From: Dicyema japonicum
Taxonomy: Eukaryota; Animalia; Dicyemida
NCBI GenBank assembly: GCA_011109175.1
Contig: RDEW01000044.1
Location: forward strand, 163,397 to 227,269
Direction: 5' to 3'
DNA: 63,873 nt
The translations under genes and the position numbers were made by a program. The notes under the pieces were generated by a model. That model was not told the DNA's origin, made no database searches, and was given only the letters and a program-made list of their open reading frames with translations. Every line of letters starts with the position of its first letter. Position 1 is the first letter of the stretch. Below are positions 53,647 through 63,873 of the stretch, piece after piece.

Positions 53647-54039
53647 TTCTTATGACATACGACAATAATTAACAACTATACGGGAACATCAGGCTTTTGT
53701 AACTATTTCAGACAATATCAGTTTAAAGTGAAAAGTAACTAAAAAAACGACAATTATTTTTTATCGCTTGTTGTAATATTCACATAGATCACCTCGTGGA
53801 GAAAAATGCACACAATTGTATCAACAGACTCACCTTCTCTCTCTCGTGCCAAACTACTATTTATTAGTTTGCCTGGCAGTGGCTACAAGATTGAATTTTT
53901 TTAGTACTTTTTTTTCAAAGTAATCCTGTTGATATAATTCTCTTTTAATATTTTAAAGTATTCGATCAGTTATCAAGTTTGACGATCGCTTGCTTTGCGA
54001 ATGATACAATAGCCTTAATGGCTTAATTTCACAAAGTAG

Positions 54040-55240
54040 TGTTGCACATTAAGCAATACGGCTGGAATAGACTGCATTTGGCTTATGAGTGGCAGTATTA
54101 TCCAGATGGGTCTAAACGACCAATGTCCCTCTAAACAAAATGCTTATACGGCACAGTTTTGATTATTGTCAAAGATTTTACCCAACTGAAGAATTTGAAG
54201 GCACTAAGAGAGGAGTTGAAATCTGCAGATAATCTAGAGTAATTGAAATCGCTAACTAATGCTCGAGAACAAGGAAGACAATGCTATCTAAAATTGTGTT
54301 TGTCCATCTTGCCAAGAATAAATATTGACCTGTCCTGGACCTATTTAACACAGTTGAATAGCTACGCCGTTTGAATCGGCTTGTGCCGAAGATGGTTATC
54401 CCACTCAGGATGCCAAGGTGCCTCCTGTCTTTCAAAGCTAATCACAGGGGTAGTCGGTGAAAATAATCAAGATGCTGATGTGGCTTCTATACTTTGCACC
54501 TCTTGTACTCGGATCATTTCCAACCGAACTGAAAGAAGGGAACATCAATTCAATTATCAAGAGAAATGCCTCTAAATACGAAACTGATTGGGATACCTCA
54601 TGGATGCGAGGCAGTAATCAACTCAATCCAGAACTTTCCTTTCAGTCCGCCAGCGACTAAAAATTCCATAATAGTCAATACTTTCAATAGCATTCGCAGA
54701 GATAAAATCATAGACGCTAGAATCTCCAGGATCCCAGAAATTAGCATAACGGCGAAACTCTCATATGGTTCTCAATGCACGCTGATCTTCATCAATACAT
54801 CATCGAATCCAAGACTGGAGTTCAACAAGGAGACCTCCTTGGCCTCATGCTCTCTGTCTTTGGCATTGATTGTACTGAATCAGTGATCATACCTCTACTG
54901 AACTTATGGTACCTGGATGATGATACCATCGGAGGGAATTGGGAAATTGTGGTGGAAGAAGTCTAGTCCGCCATCTTTGAAATTTCAGAATTTGGGTTGG
55001 AACAGAATCCGTATAATTGTGAAATCATTAACGTTTCTTGCGGAGAGGACGACGTAACCGTGCAGTGGCTACAATTTCTTCTTATCTCCAGGATGTGTCA
55101 GTCACGGACTCGTAAACGCAATTTTTCTCAGCTCTCCGTTATATGGCAATAATATTTTAATTCTCTTCGAAGAGAAAAATGCATCCGTTCAACTATTCAC
55201 ATCGAATTTTAAAACTCTAGACTACCCGATATTTTCAGTA
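54040..55240 (+). mobile_element. RTE 3' fragment (54040-54330) followed by CRE-like RT fragment (54350-55240)
   Basis: WNRLHL/RPMSL; IGIPHGCEAVI, FNSIRRD, GVQQGDLLG, LWYLDD. Confidence 0.8.
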
Positions 55241-55379
55241 ACTCATTCTTTATATCTGGTTCACTCACTTTTTCGACATTATTTTCATTTGTTCAAAACT
55301 TTTTTAAATTAAAATCCGTCTATTTTTCCGCGAGTTATGGTGGCACAAACATACAACATTTACGCTTTAATAAATATAT

Positions 55380-56600
55380 AGATTATGTACAGATTTGACA
55401 GATGGTCCTCTGAGTTCTATTATTTTTAGTCTAAACAAGATTTGAATATGTATTCTTCAGAATGTTACTTTGTTCAGAACTTCGGATTTCTAACGTCTCC
55501 CAAGTCTATTACCGTTTCCCAAAGCTAGAAAAAACGATACGAGCAAGTAACTACCCCAACCTTCTGGCCAATTAATCACTTACCTAAGTTGTCCTATATT
55601 ATCTCTTATTTTATGCTTTGGTTACCAAATCATCGAAACAAAAAAGCAAGAGTGTATCCTATCAAATTTACCAGAACGACGTGTCTTTGCATATACAAGT
55701 CAAATTTATTAATGTGTCAAATAAAACTTAAATAATTCACAAAAAATTACAAAATTAAATTTATCTGTTTTTTGTTTGATAGCTCCTGAGATTAACCGAA
55801 GGAGCCAATGGATTTCAAATTTCATGGCTTTTAAGAGTGGTTAAACATCCCAGATTTTTGAGGAAAGACAAAGACTTAAAATTGTTTCTACGGTAAATTC
55901 CATAATATATCCAGATTTAAGATCTAGAAAAATCATTTTATAATTTGACCTGGGTCCGAGAATGAAATGGCCAAATTTTTTGAATAGTATCTATCATCAC
56001 ATGTAGCATTTTAAACCAGGTTCCGATTATTAGGAAATTCAAAAAAATTCATTCAAAAATAAAATAGAATTCATTATATGTTTGAACTAAGTATTCCATT
56101 ATATGATCATAAAAATCCTCACACATATCTAGTGACTTTTCCTCAATTTTGAGAATCTCTAACCGAGGGACGTGACTGTTCAACTATGAAAATCCGGTTC
56201 TACGTTTTATTTGTGCTTTTGTGAGCACGAGGAAAGATCATTTTGCCATGATGATATCTCAGTTCGATAGTCTTGGAATCACGTATGTTGTTAGTTGGGT
56301 ATTACCGAAATCTCTAAAATTGATAAAATCCTCACTTGATCCAAAGTCTCAGGTGACCCCCAGAACCTCGTTTAAATTAAATCTATTTCTTCTATGAAAG
56401 AGCTCACGAATTTAGAATATCGTTATCCATCTCAACCAGAATATTCATAATTTCAAAGAATCAGCACAATTTCAAGGGTTTTATGGAGCTGTTAGTCAGA
56501 ATAGTTTAATATCTGGTATTTCTATTTATATACTGTTGTTATTACCTCATTTTTAGAAAATTATATATCAACACATCACTGGATTTTTGCTGTGTCGAGG
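55380..56600 (+). pseudogene. Degenerate FN3-repeat + transmembrane gene
   Basis: NGFQISW (about 55808), ITYVVSWVLP (about 56280), hydrophobic LISGISIYILLLL (about 56505). Confidence 0.4.
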
Positions 56601-58695
56601 GTGGTAATAAGAGATGCTTTTTATTAGACGTGTGCAACAGATTTTTTAAATATTAGTCTATAACTGCTAAAAGACATATTATTGAGCATATAACAGGTGG
56701 GAGTAAGATAAAAAATAACCCATTAGATGAGGAGTATTGTACTCAATTTGTGGGGAGATGGAACTTGAATACACGGCACGATGGAACACTTCCAAAACTT
56801 CATTTGAACTTTCTAATCTAAATTAGGAGGCAAAACAGTTTAAAAGATGATAGAGATAGCAATGGTCACAGAATCGTACGCTTTCTTTGCATCAATCCAA
56901 GAAGCGAATGGTTTGTTTTTAGATGACTGTTTATGCACTTGTTTATTAAAACTTGCTCCTTCCGATCCTTGGTTTACTTAGAAGCATAGCCTTGGTCCGA
57001 GACTTATGTGGTGGATGTGATGAAGGCTAAGCAAATAGAGTCACTGGGAAACATATCTCTAGTGCTGTATGCAGCACAGATCAGTTAGTGGAATTGACAG
57101 ACAAGCCCAGACCACCCAGTAAAAGAAGGGAGCAGATCTGTTCCAAGATTGCTTGGAGACAGACTTAGCTGGAAGCACTGGAAAGGTAAATAAGTATTGT
57201 GGCGAGATGGTTAGAGGAAAACACCGCCAATAGGTAAGGGGCTAATTTGGAGTTAGAGGAGGCAATAATGGTGTATAAGAAAAAACTCTATACACATGAA
57301 AGTCGATATAAGAAAAGGAGAAAAAATAATCTGTTTGAATTTAATTGCAGATTGTTTTACCGTCACCTACACGAAAATGGCCATAGTTTATGTTCCCAGC
57401 AGGACTCGGAAATGCTTTCCACATGAGGTAATATGTGGGAGGCAAAACCACGCTGACGAATTGCGTTGAATGTCCCGCATAGCGCCGCTCCTTTTTTGGC
57501 GGAATCTTGGGGAATTTTTGATTTTCACAAGAAATTTGAGGATGTCGTGAGACATCTCCCTGATTGGAAAACGACCTGGGTCGATAAAGTTTATAATTTT
57601 TTTTATCAAAAGATGACTTCATTGCACGAGTCTAAGTGTCGTGTAATACATAAAAGCATCACTACCCTGGAAACGATTCCTGATTAGGCATGTACAGGGA
57701 CAACTTATTTGATCCCGAAGCTGGACAACCCCCAGTCTGCTGCAGATTATCGACCGATAACCTGCATGCCAACCCTATATAAAGTGATGACCAAATTGGT
57801 GGCTAATGAGGTCAGGAGCTTTGTATAAGCAAATGGAATTCTCTCCGAAAATCAGTTGGGTACTATGCGAAATTGTCAGGGGCAAAAGAGCAGGCTTAGA
57901 TCAACAAATGCCTTTCTGTGTCTCACGGAGACTCACTTTTCTCTATGTGGGTGGATGTGAAGAAGGCTTACGATTCAGTTGATCATTCTTACCTTGTCGA
58001 GTGCCTACACAGTCTGTGTATGCCTGTGTGGTTCATCAGCTTTGTAGTGGCAGTGATGAATAGGTGGAATATTCATCTGAACTATAATAGGCACCGGATA
58101 AGAGAGGTAAAACTCAAGAGGGAGATCCTTCAGAGAGATAGCATGTCTCCGCTGCTCTTTGTTCTCTGTTTGGAGCCATTGAGTGGCCGCCTAAATGACC
58201 GGTTTGAGGAAACACCAGTTCATTGTGTGGGGGTTTGTTTCATTACAAATCAACTTCTTTTTATCGATGACTTGAAGATGTATGGTCGAACAGCCGAGGA
58301 GCTCTACTCCATGTAGGTCTGTGCTAGGAATTCTTTGAGAGTGTAGAATTAGATTTGAATTATTCAAAGTTTGCGACTAACACGCAAGTATGTAGCGAGT
58401 TAGTAATAGTCCTAGAGGAACACGAAGAATATAAGTATCTGGGTGACCGAATCTCCAAAGTCCCTTATAATACCTAAGACAAAGCAAGAAATTACTGAAG
58501 GTATCCGAAAAAGAGCAGCGTTATTGTGTAGGACGTTTCTAAATGCAAAGAAATTGTTCCTAGTATTAAATAAGTATGCTGTCTCGCTGCTAAACTACTA
58601 CATAGGTGTTTTAAAGTTTGAGCCCAAAGAGTATAATGAGATAAATGATATGATCCGTAGAGTACTCAGAGAAAACACACATAGTGCCATGCGGC
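56600..58695 (+). mobile_element. R4/Dong-like RT-RLE non-LTR element, 5' and RT part
   Basis: FE.N.R.FYR, TYLIPK..DYRPITCMPTLYK, WVDVKKAYDSVDH, ILQRDSMSPLLFVLCLEPLS, LLFIDDLK, YKYLG. Confidence 0.9.
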
Positions 58696-60094
58696 CTAAA
58701 CGTCAAATTAATTAATTAATTTTGTTGATTAATTATTAAAATTTATAGTTAAATTTTAATATCAACGAAAAATTTATGAAATTTTTTATTTTTAATTTTA
58801 TTTGCGAATAACAATTAATTTATTCGCGAATTAATTAATAGAATTTTAGAATTGTAATTAAAATAGCTTGAACCATCACAACCTTCAGAAGAGTTTTCCC
58901 TGGACTGCACTTCCTTCTAGTCCAAGCATGCCAAGACTGCTGAGGAAGGCCAGGATCACCTGAATTTTTTCATTCTGGCTAAAACGGTGTTTTTTTGGTT
59001 CAATAAATTTAATTTAATTCGGCGAAATAAATTATTTTTTATAAACTCACTAAAATTATCATCATTTTCATGATCTAGAAAGGAGTTGACTCTGCTTCAG
59101 TAGTAAATGGATAGGTTATTCATTAAATAATGCGAGCGTTCCCTCTGATTACTGCCATTTCCAGCCTCTATCTGCGTCAATAAAATATCAGTCGATAATT
59201 TTCAAATATTGATCGGATAATTATTTATTACAATAGAGTATGTCAAATTATTAATTAATTAACATACTTAAGGCCATACTTGACTGACAATAATTTGTTT
59301 TTTTAAATGTTCGTATGCCATTAATAAATGAAATTTTTCCAGACAAAGGGTAAAATTAAACTAACTAATAGTGTGATCCTGACGCAGTCGAGTAGAGCCT
59401 CATCTAGGTTTGTCAAAACCAGTCCTCCAGACCAGGAGCTAAACAGTCACCTGTTGGAATAAAATGGTGGATCGTTTTGAATCCCGATAAGGGATTGGGT
59501 GTCCCTGAGTAAGATGGATATAATAACGTCATTGGAAGAGCCATAGGTACTAAATCATTGAGAAGCTGAATTAAGTAACCACAAGTACTAATTCCAATAG
59601 TATCTAATTAAATATCAATTTTATTAAAAAAGGTGATGATGATCTTACCAATGATTTATTAGGTTTGTATCACTTTAAGGTACTTTATTAAATAAAATTC
59701 ACTCAGTATTAAGTAAGATGGAAAATAGTGCAATCTATGAGGTGTCAATGAATAAAATATCGTGATAAAGATTTTTTAATTCCCACAGAAACGGCAATGG
59801 ATATGTGAGATTTCCTATAGTAGAAAGACTCAGTAGGAAGATGAATTTTTCGTACTTCCTTAAAACGTCAAACGAAGTAACAAAATAGGAAGAACCATTT
59901 AAATATTATAGACCAAATTTCGTCTTCCTTTCACTTATAAAGTCAAAAGTAGTAAAATATAAAAACAGTAAAGTCTCTCGAATCCGCCAAATTCAAGGAT
60001 CGGCAAAATCTAGGTCAAGTGTGTCTGCTAGGAAGCACACCATAATAACTACCGAGAAAACACGGCAACCCACCTAGGCACTATCAGACCTTTT

Positions 60095-60845
60095 TTGTCT
60101 GCTAAGTATGGTGCTGATGATGGTGGGCTAGTAAATTTGAAGGCATTTATCAAATTACAATATAATATTTTAATGGAAAAGAACAACTTAAAAAGCCTAC
60201 ATAAGGTACTTTTCAGAGCATTGGACAACCCACATGTCGACCTTAAATCGTCGACCAAATGGCTAAAATACGGTGACAACTCACATCGATCGGAGACGTT
60301 TTATACGTATATGCAAGACCGCAATATTTTTTTGGGTCGATCAACAAATACATGTCCCCACTGTAAGTCAAGGAGCATGTCGGTTGATCATTTAGCCACT
60401 CGATGTGGATCCATTCTCTGCCACGACTATGTGTCGAGGTATAACGAGGAGGTGAGACATCTCTCGAGGTAATGAGTCATCATCTCTACCATGCAATAAG
60501 TATGGTATTCGCCACACAAGAAAGTTGTCGACTCATAAAGTGCAATCTGTATTAGAGAACAGCAGGATCCAAATTAAGTTAGACAGCGTTATCCGTTCCT
60601 CAGTGCTAGTCATGCAAAATGAACCAGACATTGTGGTATACGATAAGGAGTTTGGCCAAGACCTTATCATAGAGGTTACATCACGTCTCAAGACTGTTTG
60701 TAGACTGTGGAGGTGGAGGGAAAAAAAGTATGACTTTCTTGCAAACGAAATGGGGCAGATTCTTGGTTGCAAGTCCTCGTTTTTCCTATAGTAATGACGT
60801 GGGAAGGAATTGCAACAAAGTACCACAAGGGTTATCGGACGTCAA
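60095..60845 (+). mobile_element. R4/Dong-like element, CCHC + RLE part
   Basis: MQDRN, CPHCKSRSMSVDHLATRC, RYNEEV, NEPDIVVYDK, IIEV, KKYDFLANE, VMTWEGI. Confidence 0.9.
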
Positions 60846-61199
60846 GCTCTTTAAAGAAGAACTTGAGACGAGGTCGAACAATGGTATTCACAATGGAATC
60901 CAACAGAATGGTTGCTTGTCTTGTAATCGAAGTCTGAGTAACTATGCTACCCTTTGATCACATCTCCAAGCGGAGAGATAGGGTTAATGTCTATAATTTA
61001 ATGAAGGTCTGGTTTGATTAGAAATTAGTGCAAAATCAATTGGAGAAAAACATCAAGGTAGTCCTCGAATTTAACGAAGGTACTCTAAAGTCTGCCTTCA
61101 GTCTGAAGGACCACGAGAGTCAGATTTATATCAAAAATATTATGATGGGCAAAATAAAAAGGACGATTGTTTTTGCATGAAGTCAAATCTTATTCTAAT

Positions 61200-61700
61200 T
61201 TTATTTATAACAAATAACGAGAATCACCAACAAATACAAAACAGTAGGGGCCGTCAGGTAAATCCGGACACTTTAAACAGCCATTTCATCATTCTCAATG
61301 CTCTTCCGAGTCCCGATACACTTCCTGTATGGATGAATTATTTTTTAAAAGTATCTATGACATTCGATTTTTTCTTTAATCTCTATTTTTTTGAAAACAA
61401 TCTATCATTTCTTTTTCCTTTATAAGCTGCCCCCTGCAATAATTTCTATAATCAGTAATATAACCATTGATTGCATCTCTCCTTGAAATCTAATCAACAA
61501 GTGAATTATCACGTTGATAATATTTACACTTGGCTGTCAAAAGTTGTTAATTCAGTTTTCCCATATTCACGGATTTTAAGAATTATTAATGTATTTTTAT
61601 TTCAATCAATCGTTTCTGTGCAATGGAAATGTCCATCCTCTTCGAGGCATGTGCTACTGAGAAAATAAAATTTAGATTCGTTCAAAAGTCTAAATTAATG
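61200..61700 (-). pseudogene. Possible decayed tail-anchored, VAMP/R-SNARE-like gene
   Basis: GKRNDRLFSKK*RL..ALRMMKWLFKV..LYLLVILVICYK*; short GT-AG segments. Confidence 0.25.
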
Positions 61701-62389
61701 AACACATCACATTAATATCTGCCAGTGAGCGAACCAATCCACTGTTGTAAGAAAGCGTGCGATCCTTTTTAAAAGCCGTAGTGTTACTGGGCAATTTTCT
61801 CGATTCACGTGGATCCCTATTGATGCTTAAGGATTAGAGAAATCAAAAAAAGGAAAGAATCCTTGTTAATATAGGCGGAAGTGTAGGAATTAAACTAAGT
61901 CAATCGTGAGTGAAGCATTAACTAATTTATTATCATCTAACATCGAAAAAGGATACATCAAAAAAAGGAGTTAAACCATAAATTAAGAGATTTCGACAGG
62001 AATGAGAGGTTTTTGTTGTGTTCCTTCATAATAATAAAGCTTTTCTGACTCCAATCATTACTCTTTAATAAGAATTTGGAGAGACATGGTGTTTTCTTAA
62101 ATTTACGAGTTTTGCCGACTTTTATAGCTGATTAGTAGAAACGATAGGATTCGGAGCCGCATAGTGATACAGCTGGAATTATTGTTCAAGATTCTCACGT
62201 TGTCGAGTAATAAAGGAATAGTTAAGGAGAGAAATTGATAATGTTAACTATATTTTCAATAATTAAAGATATTTAATAAAAAATGGTAATGAAATATCTT
62301 TTATCATAGATATTTAATATATAATTATATCAAACAATTAAGATAAAAATTTAAATAAAATAAAATTTGACCTAATAAAATTTAGACTA

Positions 62390-63700
62390 CATGAACAGAA
62401 CTATTCATTAGATCATAATTATTCTGTTTAGCAAAATAGTCAGAATAAAATGTGATGAGAGATATATATTAATTGATTCATATGTAATTTAAAAGAACCC
62501 TTCTATACTATATATTTCGTAAACTTTAAAAATAAGGATTATCAAATTTACAATCCGAAGAACAAATAGATGTATGGGAAACTAATGGTACGGATTTGTT
62601 TTCTTTCACTAAATAAATTTAAACTTATTCCATACTTCAACAATGGGTTTATACTATTGACTTATTAACAGAAATTGATTATGGTACGTTTTTTGTTGTA
62701 CTTAAGCTGGTAAGCGATATACTAATATCACAAAGATTCGTAAAACTAAGTTTGGGGATTACTACCGATGTGGTTATGTTCATATTAGTTTTTCGAATAA
62801 TATATCTGTTACATTTTATTCAATCAAGTTGCAATATCACGCTAAAGGTTATTTGAATTATTTTACTGGAAAAGGTTTTTATTAAAATTTATTTAGCTAA
62901 TACTCTAACCAAAATAATGACCCAAATAAGCCGATTTGGTTTTTATATCACGAAAAGAGAATCCGAGCACTAATAAATGGAATTATCAAAATATCATATA
63001 TTGACAATTACAAAATTGTACACGTTTGCAATAATTCTTAGATAACAGATGAACATTTCAGTGATTATTACTATATTGTCTAAACACAAATTTATAGTGC
63101 CAATAAATATATATTGCGTGGTGATTATTCTAAAATATTTATTACGGCTTATAAACAAAATGAGAATGAATATCGTATTAATAGATTTTCTTTTTGTGTT
63201 GGTAATAAAAAAGATAAATGTGTTTCTCAAATAAAGCGATTTAAACAAATTAATATAGGAAGATATAATCACTGTGGATCCATCTCACAAAACTATACAA
63301 ATGTGTCTATCAAAATTTTATCTTTAAAATTACAATTTTCCAGTGATGATTTGATTTTTTATTTTATTAGAGATGGTAAATAAATCCGACTAAATATTAG
63401 ATGAAGGATGCTTTGAAACTCAATCATCTACTGAAATTAAACAATTAAAAAACAAGATTAAACATCATTATGTTGCAGATGGTTAGTATACTCGACTGAA
63501 ATTTAGATAAAATAAGTTTTGAAAAACTAATTTCGTTTGAAACTAAAGCCGTAAAAAAATTGACGAAAAATCAAATAATTGGAATCGTGTGTGGAGTTGT
63601 TGGAATATTATTCATATCTCTCACTGTCGCTATTTTTATCAAACTGAAATCACATACTGAAATACAGGAAAGCATTCCATTAATCTTTGTAACTAACTAA
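62390..63700 (+). CDS. Multi-exon type-I membrane protein gene; last three exons splice in frame
   Basis: Exons 63114-63375, 63401-63481 and 63507-63700 joined over two 25-nt phase-1 introns give an open frame ending NQIIGIVCGVVGILFISLTVAIFIKLKS...FVTN*. Upstream candidate introns 62684-62706 and 63018-63041. The 5' frame is not resolved. Confidence 0.6.
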
Positions 63701-63873
63701 TTTTAATTCGTAAACACTCTTCACTTTATTTGAATTTATTAAATTATTTGAACAACAGTCGATATTCGAAAAACTTACAAAATTTTGAAATTTGACAATT
63801 GTAAAAAAGTATACTAGATGATTTATGACTAAATTCGGCATCGGAAACCCCCTCGTTCGACATAAAAGATCCT

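Noticed and set aside
60000-60095. GC-richer stretch with short stems, possible ribozyme
   Set aside because: No hammerhead or HDV core could be assigned by eye.
1-63873. CRISPR array or prokaryotic RT system (retron, DGR, group II intron)
   Set aside because: No regularly spaced repeat-spacer array was seen. All RTs belong to APE- or RLE-type eukaryotic non-LTR families.

Overview
AT-rich eukaryotic (not prokaryotic) scaffold segment with a 925-N gap (26732-27656). It is a dense mosaic of short, mostly decayed fragments. Non-LTR retrotransposons of at least five kinds are present: two RTE-type families, a Jockey/I-like family with zinc-knuckle ORF1, CRE-like RT-RLE and an R4/Dong-like RT-RLE. 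DNA-transposon relics include Tc1/IS630, pogo/Tigger, hAT, a hAT MITE and a Ginger-like TIR element. Degenerate host-gene copies carry very short (about 22-37 nt) GT-AG introns: CUB, FN3/EGF type-I membrane proteins, a TIS11 tandem CCCH finger and SET-like pieces. Fragments are separated by recurrent near-pure A/T islands roughly every 0.7-2 kb. Tiny introns, metazoan-type domains, TTAGGG-type repeats and LINE saturation suggest a reduced metazoan parasite such as a dicyemid (inference only). The most striking signal is at 15909-15957, where (CCCTAA)3 is fused to a 31-nt copy of sequence 724 bp downstream. This reads like a telomere-capped junction of an excised circle. No rRNA, tRNA or CRISPR was recognised. 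Coordinates of decayed features are approximate and all translations were done by eye.
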